A stretch of DNA of 63,262 bases, filler included, from Ministeria vibrans ATCC 50519 (lineage: Eukaryota; Protista; Filasterea), in the NCBI GenBank assembly GCA_943704425.1. It is 10 parts of 10 records of this genome, joined end to end, with 100 filler letters (N's around TTAATTAATTAA, not from the genome) between each part and the next. Parts side by side here need not be neighbours in the genome. Positions count along the whole stretch, not along the records: positions 1 to 4,017 come from CALSCP010000098.1; positions 4,118 to 9,109 come from CALSCP010002546.1; positions 9,210 to 11,922 come from CALSCP010002404.1; positions 12,023 to 15,036 come from CALSCP010001479.1; 6 more parts are not named here. One strand, given 5' to 3'. The notes under the pieces were generated by a model. It ran no database searches and was not told the origin of the DNA. It saw only the letters and a list, made by a program, of their open reading frames with translations. How positions within the stretch are numbered: the first letter of the stretch is position 1; each line of letters starts with the position of its first letter. A program made the position numbers and the translations under genes. Below are positions 1 through 13,057 of the stretch, piece by piece.

Positions 1-72
1 TTTTCGATACTGTGTGGGGCGCAAGCAGCGTGTGCGCCTGGGCAAACAGCGGCACCCAGGAGCCTGACGTGT

Positions 73-3000
73 TTGACCCGCACTCGACAGATGACTTTAT
101 TGACGGGCATGGCGGACCTACGTGCGCCTGCGACGTCGGCAGGCGAGTGTGGCAAGCGATGTGAGAAGGCGAGCGGCGAGTGCTTTGCGTGGACGTATTG
201 TCCGTCGTGCTTTGACAAGCTGCTTCCGTGTCAGTTGTTCTCAGAGTCTCGTGTGGCGTCTAGCACGGCGCTTGTTGTGTCGCACAACAAAGCGGCGGTT
301 TCGGGGTGCTCGACGGATGCATGGGCTCGCCATGGGGCGGTGTGCGGGGCGTGTGCTCCTGGGTATGCGGGAGACCAGTGTGTGCAGAAGGTGCATCATG
401 GAGAGTCGGAGCCAGCATTGTTGACAGCGGCCATGCTCAAGGGTGCGCCCCTAGGGGATTCTTCTTGGCAGGCGTGTGCCAAGGCATGCGGTGATTTGCG
501 CCAGGGGTGCGTGGCGTACACGCATCGTGGGAGCAAGTGCCATGTTGTCGCAGCACTGGATGCGGCTGTGTCGCGATCGACGACGTTTTGGGCACGGTCT
601 GGCGCGGATTCGGGCTGCAGTGCGTATGGGTTTCAGCTGTACGGGGAGATGTGCACGTCGTCACCGTTAAAGGAGACACATTTTGTGAACACGGTAGCTT
701 TGTCGGCCAACACTAAAGGCAGCGGGACCACTGCAAGTGAGTGTGCTGAGGAGTGTGACCGGAATGGCTTGTGCCAGTCGTGGTCGTTTGGCAAAAAGAG
801 CGGGTGCTATGTGGACGTGGGTACGTCGTCGTTGCCGTCGTTTCAGCAACTGTCGAGTGTGACCTCGGCGCAGGCGGCGCTGGTGGGCTCGTTGTCTGCT
901 TTGACTGGGCACGGAGTGTCTGAGGTTGTGACGACGCGAAATCACGCTGTGATTCTTTTGCTGGATGGCACCGTCCACACCGTTAGTGGTGTGGCGACAG
1001 TGTCTGTACCGGTACCGAATCTGCGTGACGTTGTGGCGATCGTTGGCAATCGACTGGGAGACTTCTTTGTTGCGGTACGAGCGGATGGATCGTATCGATC
1101 TGTAGGCTCGATCGAGCACTCGTCAGGGTCTGGAGTGAAGGCAGTGAACGTGTTTGTGAGTGCGCACGCGTTTGGAGTTGAGTTGAACGATGGCAAGGTA
1201 GTTGTGCATCCGAGTTTGGGCAAGGCGGTGGCGGGTGTGAGCAAACCTGTACAGGTTGTGACGACGGACACGTCTTTTGCGACACTAAGCGCTTATGGAA
1301 AGCTCACAGTGACTGATTTCACGTATCGGTGCAAGTGTCAAAATGGAGGTTGCAAGTCGGCGACGGATACAACATGTGTGTGTCCAGCAGGTTTCACTGG
1401 CCGCGCTTGCGAGCATGATATCTCCAAGCTTCCTCGTGACTGTGCGCAGCTCCTTGCCCAAACCCCTACAGCTTCCTCGGGGAAGCATGCGTTCATTGTG
1501 CGTGGCCAGCTTGTTGAGCTGTACTGCGACATGAAGACGGCGGGTGGTGGCTGGACGATTTTGGGGTCAGCTGGTGGACCTGCAGGTGGCGATGTGCCGT
1601 TTACGGCCGACAAGACTGTGTCGGGCAACCCACTTGTGTTTGAATCGATGTCGCTTTCTCGAGCGACCAAGGCGGTGCTGTGTAGCGATGGCGGTGGAAG
1701 TGTACTGTACGAAGGGATTGTGGTGTTGTCACGTCCTGATTCTGCACGGCACTACATTGAGTTTAATCATGCACCATTCAGTGGGTCACTGGTCTCGACA
1801 ACGACGACGGAGGAGGAGTACGATGTGACGTTGACATTTCCGGATGGGAAGACGAAAAGCGGCAAGGTGGGGTGGAGTACGACGGGCATTGTGAATGGCG
1901 GCGACTTTGGCATTGTTGACTCACGTGGCTTTGACCACCACTCCCGGTACATTTACCCGATGTTGAACAGTCACTGCGTGCACCATCTGTTGTTTTCACT
2001 GCAAAGGGTTGGTAATAGCATGGCTTCGTACAAGGCCAGCGACGCGTCGACGGTCACTTTTCAGTCTGACTCATGTTCGAGTAACACTCCAGGACAGAAG
2101 ATGTACTTGGCAGTGCGAGGTCGCCCATGTCCCTGTAAGAACGGTGGAAAATGCACCAAAGGAACGCGCGCGTGTGTGTGTCCAGCAGGTTTCACTGGCC
2201 GCGCTTGCGAGCATGATATCTCCAAGCTTCCTCGTGACTGTGCGCAGCTCCTTGCCCAAACCCCTACAGCTTCCTCGGGGAAACATGCGTTTAATGTGCG
2301 TGGCCAGCTTGTTGAGCTGTACTGCGACATGAAGACGGCGGGTGGTGGCTGGACGATTTTGGGGTCAGCTGGTGGACCTGCAGGTGGCGATGTGCCGTTT
2401 ACGGCCGACAAGACTGTGTCGGGCAACCCACTTGTGTTTGAATCGATGTCGCTTTCTCGAGCGACCAAGGCGGTGCTGTGTAGCGATGGCGGTGGAAGTG
2501 TACTGTACGAAGGGATTGTGGTGTTGTCACGTCCTGATTCTGCACGGCACTACATTGAGTTTAATCATGCACCATTCAGTGGGTCACTGGTCTCGACAAC
2601 GACGACGGAGGAGGAGTACGATGTGACGTTGACATTTCCGGATGGGAAGACGAAAAGCGGCAAGGTGGGGTGGAGTACGACGGGCATTGTGAATGGCGGC
2701 GACTTTGGCATTGTTGACTCACGTGGCTTTGACCACCACTCCCGGTACATTTACCCGATGTTGAACAGTCACTGCGTGCACCATCTGTTGTTTTCACTGC
2801 AAAGGGTTGGTAATAGCATGGCTTCGTACAAGGCCAGCGACGCGTCGACGGTCACTTTTCAGTCTGACTCATGTTCGAGTAACACTCCAGGACAGAAGAT
2901 GTACTTGGCAGTGCGGNNNNNNNNNNNNNNNNNNNNNNNNNNNNNNNNNNNNNNNNNNNNNNNNNNNNNNNNNNNNNNNNNNNNNNNNNNNNNNNNNNNN

Positions 3001-4017
3001 NNNNNNNNNNNNNNNTTGGTAATAGCATGGCTTCGTACAAGGCCAGCGACGCGTCGACGGTCACTTTTCAGTCTGACTCATGTTCGAGTAACACTCCAGG
3101 ACAGAAGATGTACTTGGCAGTGCGGCGTCGTTGTGACGCTGCAAGTGGTTGTGGTTCTCGTCGTGATGTACCAGAAGACGTGCTTGAGCAGGCGGATTAT
3201 GAACCAAAAGCAGAGGCATTGCTCACGTCAAACCTTGAGCTCAGCCATGCGGAAGTCTCCTCGAACACACTTGGGGAACACGAGGCTTACATACGCATGC
3301 CACGCACTGCGCCAGTTTTAGTGTCCACGTTCGGTGTCAAGCAGGTTGTCTCCACAGACACTGCATTTTGCGCGGTCCATTTCAATGGCAAGGTGGTTGT
3401 GTATGGCGATGCCAAGCGAGGCGGAGCCATCCCCCACGCGACGAAGTCTGCTCTGGTAAACCGACGTGCGGTGCATCTTGTGGCGACACGCGGTGCTTGT
3501 GCTGCTCTGTGTGATGACGGCTCTGTGTTTACCTGGGGCGACGGTGGCTTGGGTGGACTTGTGCCAGCGACACAAGTGGCAATGGTGAGTGCCCGCATCG
3601 AGTCGATTTATGCGACGGACGGCGCATTTATTGCCAAGGACCAGGATGGTCGTGTGATTGTGTGGGGCGCAAGCGAGTTTGGCAGCAACACAAGTGCACT
3701 GACTCATGTGCTGCTCCGTGGGGTGTCACAGGTGCTTGTGAGTCCCGCTGGGTTTGCTGCGGTGCACAGCGACAAGACGTCCGTTTTTGCATTTGGAACT
3801 GTTGCGACGACCATTGACGGCGAGCTGGTGAACTTTGCCACGAGTGCATCACAGGCGTATGGTGTCACGTTTGACGGTGGAGTGTGGACGAGCGATAGTG
3901 CTGTTCTGACGGCGGCCACTAAAAAGGCGAGCAAGGTGATCGCCTGGGCGAGCGGTGCGATTGTGATATCCAAAACGCAGGGATGCTTTGACCCGAGCGG
4001 GAGTGGCACACTGACGG
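73..4017 (+). CDS. Large probably extracellular multidomain protein (PAN/apple-like Cys modules, RCC1-like beta-propeller repeats, tandem EGF + fibrinogen-C-like cassettes); partial, spans an N gap
   Basis: ORFs 73..3321 and 3027..4073. Motifs: ECAEECDRNGLCQSWSF (PAN-like); CQNGGC..CVCPAGFTGRACE (EGF); PRDC..SG...LYCDMKTAGGGWT (fibrinogen C-domain start); AFCAV..NGKVVVYGD..RGG and DGSVFTWGDGGLGG (RCC1-like). Confidence 0.7.
1373..3125 (+). repeat. 798-bp near-identical tandem coding repeat (at least 2 copies, possibly a third across the gap)
   Basis: About 1373-2117 recurs at about 2171-2915 with only a few substitutions. The cassette end appears again at 3016-3125 after the N gap. Confidence 0.9.
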
Positions 4018-4117
4018 NNNNNNNNNNNNNNNNNNNNNNNNNNNNNNNNNNNNNNNNNNNNTTAATTAATTAANNNNNNNNNNNNNNNNNNNNNNNNNNN
4101 NNNNNNNNNNNNNNNNN
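4018..4117. other. Artificial contig linker N-TTAATTAATTAA-N (also near 9110, 11923, 15037, 16742, 21424, 22944, 28652 and 54866)
   Basis: An identical ~100-nt N pad with a six-frame stop cassette occurs nine times, and genes are truncated at these points. Confidence 0.97.
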
Positions 4118-4139
4118 TTTTTTTTTACGAAATTTGCAG

Positions 4140-4854
4140 ATGTGGAACTGCGCTGAAGAATTCGGCTCAGGCGGCAGCAGCGGCGCCGATCGAAGCTGCT
4201 CCGGTCGCCAGTCCGACGAGTGCACACGCTGCAGCGGGTAGCGACACAGGCAAGGCCAACGGAGCGGAGACGGCGGCGCTGGAGACGACCAAGGCCAAAC
4301 CGACAATGTTGAGTGAGAATGGCCTTCGCCTTGTCGCCAATACGATGGCAGCGTCTGTGAACGACAACTTACGACGAGACGAAACGGAAGCGCTGCAGCG
4401 GGCGCGGACGGTGGCGGCGGAAATGAGTGGGAATGGGAGCGGAAAGAAGCGGACGCGAAAGGGCAGTGCTGTCAGTGCCAGTGCCAGCGCCACTGCGCCC
4501 GACGACGCCGAGGACGCCGACGCCCCGCCCAAGAAGGCCCCGCGCCGGCTTGCCCCCGGCACCGAGGGCTCCTACAACGTCAAATACCCCCAGAAAATGC
4601 CGGAGAAGCGCCACAACGGCCAACCCACTGTCTTTTCGCGCCTCGACAAATCCAAAGATGCACTCAAACCACCGCCCCCCAAGCAACAACAGCCACAGCC
4701 ACAGCCGCAGCCGCAGCGCAAAGGAAAGCAACAGCAACAGCAACAGCAGAAATCACCGCAAAACGCAAAAAAGGCGCAAAAACCAAAGGCACAAAAACAA
4801 TCACAACAGCACAAGAACGCAAAAAAAACCGTTTTCAATCGACTGAACAAGTAA
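4140..4854 (+). CDS. Last exon of an unknown protein with an Ala-rich then Gln/Lys-rich low-complexity C-terminus
   Basis: The frame is open from the acceptor-like ttgcag at ~4139 to TAA at 4854. It has a repeated TVF(S/N)RL motif. Confidence 0.5.
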
Positions 4855-4881
4855 AAGAAACAAAAAGGAAAGCACGATGTT

Positions 4882-6755
4882 TTATTGCTTAGTCGGTGGC
4901 TTGTTTTTCTCTCGCAATTTAATCTGAGAAAGAGAGCGTGCTTGAGAAAGGGCGAAACGAGAGTGTTTTAGTGCAACTGACCTGATTTTGTTTGAACGTT
5001 GCAATGACATCTTTTCCTGCGTAATATTTAAGGACATCGCGAACATCATCAACATGGGACGTGGCAAGCACTGTAATAGAGAGAAAGTCAGTCGGTGACA
5101 GCGCTTGATAGTGATTGACATGGAGGGAATATGAGAGAGAGAGAGTGATTGACAACGGGGGGTGTCGTGAAGTACGAATGGCAAGTGACACACTCACATT
5201 CACATAACACAACAATAACACACAACACACATAAAATAAGCATTACTCTCCAAAAAGACCATCAGGTCCAACAGCTGTCGATCGTCTGGCTCTCCAGTCC
5301 ACTTTGTCAACTTAATTCCATTGTGTGGGTGTTCCTTGTACGTTCTACATGATCAAATATTAAGAATTATTATTATTGTTTTTTCTGTATATAGTCTTGT
5401 TTTGACATTGAGTACAGCTCTCGATTCTCTATTATTTTTCTTATTATTATTATCATTCAATCGCAAAATTAAGCGTTGCTCATATTTTTGTACCTTTCGT
5501 CTTTGTCAACCACGACAATGGATTTCAAATCGCGATTGAGACGATCCAAATCCTATTCGGATTAAAAATATAATAGTAAGAAAGTGAGTTGAGTCAAAAT
5601 GATATATAAAGGTGAAATGACAAATGAGCATAATTAAAAACGAGAAGGAATGAATTGTTTCATAATTACTAAGACGTAACATGTCGCATTAACTAATATT
5701 AATAAAAAACGACATGAAGAGAAGGGACGTAAACATAATACGCAACAATCATAATGGTTGTAGGCTATGATATATTGTGTCAGGGGCGGGGGTACCTTGA
5801 CGTGGTCTCCGTCGTGGTAGCGCGTGGAGTCGCGGAAGAGGCGGTAGAGCACACAGCCCTCAGGATCAATCTTCTCGAGAATGGGCTGGGCGTACGGGGC
5901 GGTGGCGCTCGTGTAGATGACAATTTCGTAGTGCTGACACAGTCGTGTAAGGAATGCCTTGAGAAACGGCCGTTTGGACGTCCGCCATCCGTGTTGTGGC
6001 TATACATGAACACAATCAATAACAATAATTTTTGTTCATGTGTCTTTTTTTGTTGTTACTGTCCATTCTGTGTGCACTAGTGTGTCTTCCAGCTCAAGCA
6101 CAAGAGTGAGTGGTCGTTGGTAGGGTGCTGGAAGCGGGTCGGGCAGGAGTATTTTGGCCGAGGGCAGTGCAAAGTACTACAAGCAAAGATGAGTCGTGTG
6201 TCTGAGTGCGCAGTGCGTACGTTCCAGCCCTTTTCAATCACTCGATCACGCGCTCGATGCAGGTAGGCAAGAACAGGGGTTTCTACGACAGCACAGGGTG
6301 TTGGCGAGAGATGGAAGAAAGACAAGAAGTGCCGAACAAGAGAGAGAGAGAGTATGACACATATCTCCTTTTGCACCATTTCTCGCTTACCATCTGCATA
6401 TGAACTTGTGACGATGTCGCCCTGGTCATCAAGAGACTCTTCTCTCGGTTGTCCTACCAAAGAAGGCGGGTCAGGGTGCGCAAGAGCGGTAGAAAGAGCG
6501 ATGGAAATGCGCCAGATGGCTTTCTCGACCGAAACAGATCAGCATACGCTCACACATACCAAGATATCCAACGCCAGCAACCGCAAGCGTCCCGAATGCA
6601 ACAGTCGCATACATCCCCGCGCGTGATTTGGGCGCTGGCGGGCTGGTGGAGGCAGTGGAGGATGAGGCGCGCGACAACGCGAGTCCCACGCGACTTCCAC
6701 TCATTTGGGGTCCGATCGCACGGCCAAGACGTGCAACACTACGCATGGCCCACAT
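4882..6755 (-). CDS. TIM50: Mitochondrial import inner membrane translocase subunit Tim50 (multi-exon)
   Basis: Manual translation: Arg/Ser-rich presequence; [26 protein letters not shown]; [50 protein letters not shown]; [11 protein letters not shown]. Confidence 0.88.
5386..5440 (+). repeat. Dispersed repeat family copy A (intronic in TIM50)
   Basis: TGTATATAGTCTTGTTTTGACATTGAGTACAGCTCTCGATT matches 8153-8192 and the reverse complement at 55389-55457. Confidence 0.85.
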
Positions 6756-7298
6756 TTTTTAATCACTTGACAGAACGCAGTTGGTGGCAGGTGAAGTGAG
6801 TGAGAAATTTTGATTTGATTTTGATTATTTTTTGCAGTTTGGTTACGACGATTAATTTGCGCACACTGTTCCAAGTTTGTTTCCATACCAGGAGTACTCG
6901 ACGTTATCGGATTTTTCTCAAATCTCACCCACCTAGACCGTAGTAAGCCCCCTGGCAACTGGCGTTGGGACATGAGCGCTGAGACTCCTTTTGAGAGCTC
7001 ATATGACTCGGTAGAGTTCATTTGGGAGTAAGATGATTAAAGTTCCGTCAAAGTGGCTTTTGAATAAAATAAGATTATTGAAAAGCATGTAGGTGGCAAG
7101 TTGACTGGCCACCAGTTGCTGTCGCTTTGGCGTGTACAAAGCCACAAATGAAAACGACAAGGGACAAATTAAAGTGATTCAAATTTTCAATGGAGTGTGA
7201 ATGTCATTCCAATGATTCCTCTATGCATTCCTACACAGGTCACCTCGGTCTCTCTCAAAAACTCAAAACCAACGTTTTTTTTTTGTTTAGGTTTTTGT

Positions 7299-7949
7299 TT
7301 ACAGTTCGGACTTGCCGTCAATTGACATGAGCTCCACCTCAAACACGAGCGTTGCTCCGCCAGGGATCTTGGGCGGCGAGCCACTAGCACCGTAGCCAAG
7401 CTCGGAGGGAATGACAAGCTTGCGCTTCTCACCCACACACGCGCCAAGAAGACCCTGATCCCAACCTAAGAGAGAAAGAGAGAGAGACCGAGAGAGACAT
7501 GTTATGACCAGACTCAAGAGTGAGACAATATTATAATGAAGATCAGAGAAATTCGTCAAACAAGGCATAAACGCGCGCCAACCTTTGATGACCTGGCCGC
7601 CACCTAGCTGGAAAGCAAACGGCGTGCCTCGATCGCGGCTCGAGTCGAATTGTGAGCCGTCACTTTTGAGAGTTCCGCTGAAAACGATTTGCAGTCAACA
7701 GTGTCACACTCTATCTCTCTTTCACTTTCTTTTACGTACACATAGTGAACGTGAATACGGTCGCCGCTGCTGGCGCGAGCCGTGCACGTCTCAGGCCGGA
7801 ACCTGACGCCAATCTGAGCGGGAGGAGCGGGAGGAGCGGTCAGAGACGAGAGAGAGAGAGAGGAGAGAGTGGGAACCAACCTGCAGCTTGCCTTCGCCGC
7901 TCACCATCAGCGCAGCGCCCAGCACAATGGCCAACAGACAGATCCTCAT
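7299..7949 (-). CDS. FKBP2: ER-luminal FKBP-type peptidyl-prolyl isomerase (FKBP2/FKBP13-like), multi-exon
   Basis: Signal peptide [10 protein letters not shown]; GDRIHVHY; [39 protein letters not shown]; C-terminal KSEL retention-like signal. Confidence 0.9.
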
Positions 7950-8098
7950 GTTTGTGCTAGTTGATACAGAGAAAAGATGTAATAACTAATTAAACTTTTC
8001 ACAATTTCACTTTCAAAGTAAATAGCGAAGTTAATACCCATATTATCATAAAATTAAAAATAACGTCTGTAGAGTGTAGAGTGACATTAGGGTAAATA

Positions 8099-8200
8099 GG
8101 GACATTCTTGTCTTGAAGTCTACGGCAGAAGTATTGTGCTGCTCTTTGTTTTGTATATAGTTTTGTTTTGACATTGAGTACAGCTCTCGATTATCTATTT
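8099..8200 (+). repeat. Dispersed repeat family copy B
   Basis: About 100 nt similar to the reverse complements of 55168-55267 and 55389-55457. Confidence 0.85.
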
Positions 8201-8226
8201 ATCAAAATAAGTTTGGTTTTTTCACA

Positions 8227-9090
8227 ATGACATCCGCTCCAACACAGGCGACCAAACTGGACCCGGAGCGTCTGAGGCAGTACCTTGTGTCGACGGCGCC
8301 CACCCTCTTCTCTCCTGTCCAGCTGAGTTCTTCAACGGGATCCGCCAGCGAGAAACTCGACTGGACTGCGGCGCAGAGGCACTTCTTCAACACCCAGCTG
8401 TTCGCCACGGTCACGGGCGTCTCCGAAACCAAAGTCGAGCAGGTTGGTCTCTTCATTCCTCTCTCTTTTCCCCCTTTTATATAATATATATATTTTTTTT
8501 TCATTTTTCCGTCTCCGTTTCAGACTTGGGACTACGTTTCGACACAAACGCGCACGCCCTCGGTGTGCGGCCACGTCTTTGCGCCCGACGAACCCATGTA
8601 CCAGTGCCTCGACTGTCAGCGGGACATGACGTGTGTGCTGTGCGTCGACTGCTTTCGTCTGAGTCACCATCGCGACCATTCGTATCGTCTGGCTGTGAGC
8701 GGCGGCGGCGGCTGCTGCGACTGTGGCGACCCCGAGGCCTGGACCAGCGAGGCCGGCTGTAGCAAGCACACCGCTCGGGCCGACGAGGCGCACGGCGACG
8801 TTGATCTGGACGCACTCCCTCCTCAATGGGTTGACAACTGGCGGGTGGCTATCCAGGTCGTCAGTGACTACATTGTCGCATGTATCCACGACGACGTCGT
8901 GTCCGACCCGCCTCGTTGGATGCTGGTCGACAACCCCGGAGACCCTGCGGCGGCCGTCAGCGATCAGTATGCCGTGGTCGTGTTCAACGATGAGGTGCAC
9001 ACCTTTGACGAGGTCATCGATCGCTTCACACACGGCACTGGCTGTTCCGTCCCGACTGCTGTCCAATGGGCTCACGTCGTTGACAAGGAG
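8227..9090 (+). CDS. UBR1: N-end-rule E3 ubiquitin ligase UBR1/UBR2 N-terminal part (UBR box + ClpS-like domain); truncated by contig end
   Basis: CGHVF...YQCLDC..DMTCVLCVDCF..SHHRDH....GGGGCCDCGDPEAW (UBR box) and VVFNDEVHTFDEVI (ClpS-like). Confidence 0.9.
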
Positions 9091-9209
9091 GTATTCATTG
9101 AAAAAAAAANNNNNNNNNNNNNNNNNNNNNNNNNNNNNNNNNNNNNNNNNNNNTTAATTAATTAANNNNNNNNNNNNNNNNNNNNNNNNNNNNNNNNNNN
9201 NNNNNNNNN

Positions 9210-11922
9210 CTGAAAAATACCGCACTTCTCACGCTCGGGTTCTTTCACACTCAGCGCATCTTGTACTGGTTGCCCAAGCCTTTACTATGTCCCTGCCGGC
9301 GACACACGCGGTTGCCAACAATGCGGCTACTACGCCAACCAGTACTACGAACAGCGCCGTCGCCGCCGCTTCTGGGGGGGCTCACCGTCGACTGCGTACG
9401 TCAACGGAACGTCAACGCGAACCAACGATTTGTCCCTAAACTTATCTTTCTCTTTCTCAGCTGCCAAAACTGTCCGTCAGGACAAATCGGATCTGCTGGT
9501 GGGTAAGGATGGGCGAAATGCATTGAACAGTGTCTCACTATCTGTCTTTTTTTCAGATGGAGCTGCTCGTCTTGCGCCGCCGGTCGCTACGCCCAAGTGC
9601 GCACCTGTACTTACTGCGCGCCGGGCAAGTACCAGCCGTCCGCGACTCAAGTTTCGTGTCTGACCTGTCCTTTTGCCCGCTACGCCAGCCAATACGGTCG
9701 TACTTCTTGCACACTGTACGAATCACAAGAACCATCCTTTATCCAACTGAACCTGTCCCCATCTGTAGATGTCCGCGCGGTCGATTCACATCGCAGTACG
9801 GAAGAACCTCCTCGTCGCAATGCAGCGGCTGCCCGGCCAACACTGTATCGTTTGAGCCCCAATCACACTCGTTCTCACTCTCGCCTACTCTTAGTACGAT
9901 GACAACATTTCGCGTCGTCGACGACGTCAGTATTCCTATTACTACCGCTACAGCTCTTACTATACATGCGTGAACTGCCCGAGTGGAAAGTTCAGGTAAT
10001 CACACCAGGGGCTGCAACGAGTACTTTCGTCTCAAACCATCTCTTCACTTCAATATAGTGGCGTGGGCGCGAGCTCCTGCGCTGGCTGCCCAACTGGACA
10101 GTACGCCTACTCGGGCTCCTGCCGAAACTGTCCCGCGGGCAAGTATCAGGACAGTAAGTGACTCTTATTTTTTGATTCCAGCGCACTTCAACTCATTTTC
10201 TGTCGACTCACAGCCTCGTCGCAAACGTCGTGCAAGAACTGCGGTGCGGGCTACTATAACAGTCAGGCAGGTCGCACGTCGTCGTGCACAGCCGCATGTA
10301 CACCAGGAAAGTACTCGCCCGCAGGCGCTGCAGGCTGGTAAGAGACGCGTTGCTGCGAAACCTTCCAAGGTATAAAACGTTTCCTGTTTGCTCATTTTAG
10401 CACCAATTGCCAAGCCGGTCGCTACACCTCCCAGTACGTGCGCTCCTCGTGTTCTTTGTGCCCTGGAGGCACGTACATGCAGTACACGGGCCGCACCAGC
10501 TGTACCAGCTGCCCGGCTGGTCGCTACACTGCCCTGACTGGACAAACCTCGTGCACCTACGTATGTGCCCCTGGACAATACTCTCCGGCTGGAGCCAAGG
10601 CCTGCACGACTTGCGCAACTGGACGCTACACATCCACATACGCTCAGGGCTCATGCGGCCTTTGCGCTGCCGGAAAATATGCATACAATGCTCAGAAGTC
10701 TTGCGTCTCGTGTCCGGTTGGTCGCTACTCGAAGTCAGGTGTCAACGCGTGCACGTAAGGAGTAAAACAAGACACACACACTTTCACAATCACTTTGCTC
10801 ATTTTAATACATAGGTACTGTGGAGCCGGCTACTACGCTTCCACAACAAACGCTGTGTCATGCCCCGCTTGTTCTTCGGGCAAGTACACAAACGGATCGG
10901 GCCGTTCTGTGTGCACCACCTGCCCATCGACTCAGTACCAGGCGTCGGCCGCCCAGACGAGTTGCAGGACGTGTGGGCACGGCACAACGGCCAAGTCGGA
11001 CCGCACCGGTTGCACAGCATGTGCTGCTGGCACAGCTGGCACCAGTGGTAGCTGTGCAAACTGTGCCACGGGTCGTTACGCTTCCAAGACGGGTCTCACT
11101 AGCTGGTACACGACGCAGTTCTGATCCGTTCTTTCGTTTTTTACAACACATACACATACACATACACATCACACACGCATACTCTTTCTCTCTGTCACAC
11201 GCACACACTCTCTGTCTGACTCTGTTTTTATGTCTAACATTTTTACTCTCTTCGTTTCTCGTTTTTTCAGCCCCGTGTGCCCTACCGGACGGTACGGCGA
11301 TGTGACCAAGCTGACGGTGTGCAAGCAGTGCGCCACTGGCCGTGTGGCCAGCACGGGGGCTCAGTCGTGCACCTACTGCTACACCGGCTACTATGCCGTC
11401 GCAGGCGAGGCGTCGTGTCGTGCATGCACTCCTGGCAAGTACAATGCGCAGAACTACCGCGCATCTTGCGTCAACTGCCCTGATGGAAAGTACACCCAAG
11501 TAAGAACGAAAAAAACCTCCTTTTGCCTTCTCTTACGTATTTTCTCGTCCATTAATTTTTGTAGTACTCCGCTCGTAAATCGTCGTCACAATGCTACACA
11601 TGTAGCGCAGGCAGATACAGCAAGTCAGGCGCTTCTGTATGCCTGTCGTGCCCCGCTGGTCGTGTCTCGACGGCCGGCTCTGCCTCGTGTGACGGCTGCG
11701 TCTCGGGTACCTACGCTGTGAGTGGCTCGTGCGCCCAGTGCACTGCTGGCTACTACTGCGTGAACAGCGTGCGCGCACCTTGCGCCACGGGCTACTACAG
11801 CGCGGCTGGTGCCTCGTCGTGCACCATCTGTCCTGCAGGCTCCTACTGCCAGAATGGAAAGCGCACGTCGTGCCCTGCCACCACGTCGCAGTCGGCCACC
11901 GGCAAGACCACATGTCCCACCT
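9210..11922 (+). CDS. Cys-rich surface protein made of TNFR/ephrin-receptor-like (GCC2_GCC3) repeats; internal multi-exon fragment
   Basis: Many CxxCPAGxY.....SC units (e.g. CSLCPGGTYMQYTGRTSCTSCPAGRY) separated by short GT-AG introns. Confidence 0.8.
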
Positions 11923-12099
11923 NNNNNNNNNNNNNNNNNNNNNNNNNNNNNNNNNNNNNNNNNNNNTTAATTAATTAANNNNNNNNNNNNNNNNNNNNNN
12001 NNNNNNNNNNNNNNNNNNNNNNATTATTGTTGTTGTTGTTGTTGTTGTTGTTTTTTTTCTGGGTGTTTTGTGTGTGTGAGACGGGTTAAAATAGGTTTC

Positions 12100-13057
12100 T
12101 CCCATTTCGTTTCGTACGGGAATAAGATCAATGATTCTTCCGTGCTCCGTTTGAAGTCGACTGTTCCAATACACTTTTGCATAATCAAACCGAAACAGAC
12201 ACTTTTGCTCACTCACTTCCTATAAATGAATAAAACAGAATTAGTATTATTAATGATTATGATTATTCTCATATATTGTTCTCTCTCGTACTGTGACTGT
12301 TTTTTCTTCTCCTGCGAGCACTTCCATTTGAAAGAAGCGAAATGTTGTGTCGATTGTGTTGAGTTTGTTGACGACTGTGCGAATTTTTGGCGATTTGTCC
12401 AAAATGACCTGTAGAATATTTAGGATCAAAATCTGTCGGGTTTGTTTTGTTTTTTTTTTTTGGGGGGGGGGGGGAGGGGTTGTTGGTGTTGTTATCGCGG
12501 TCGTTGTTGATCTGTACCTGTCCAATGGCAAGTTTGTACGGGAGAAGATGATCGCGCAGGTTGACATGGGCAATGTGGCCAATCTGTTCGTGGGACGTGC
12601 CGCACTCAATGTCGCTGGGGAGCACTGCCTGGAGCACATCGTCCGCACTGAAGTAGGAGTAGTCGAAGAGAAGGTCGTACTCGCGGGGCTCGGCGTGGAC
12701 GCTTGCAATGAGGGCGCGTGATTCGTCGCTGAGGTCGTCAATAGACTTGACGACGGGCGAGAGCAGAATGAGCCGGCGCTGCGGCTGCGCTTTGTGGCTC
12801 TTGTCGGACGCCAGGTCCACCGGCAGATGCGTGATCGGGTCGATGCCTTGGCCGCTTGCATTGATGAGCGTCACCCCGGCCCCTGGCTCCGACGTGATCG
12901 AGTGGAAGCGCGGACACGACAAAATCTGTTCGGAGAGTGAGCGCGAAATCGTGCCACAGTCTCGCGGCGCAACGCAGAGCGCAATGACTCGGAGGATGCG
13001 GAAAATCGACTTGCGATCAACAAGGCTTCCTACACATGGCAAGAGCGAGGGGTGCAT
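12100..13057 (-). CDS. TRM5: tRNA (guanine-37-N1) methyltransferase Trm5, N-terminal part; start approximate, 3' end truncated
   Basis: [25 protein letters not shown]; [33 protein letters not shown]; [18 protein letters not shown]. Confidence 0.92.

Noticed and set aside
4062-4073. Recurrent TTAATTAATTAA palindrome
   Set aside because: It is always centred in N pads, so it is an artificial contig joiner. Adjacency across these linkers has no biological meaning.
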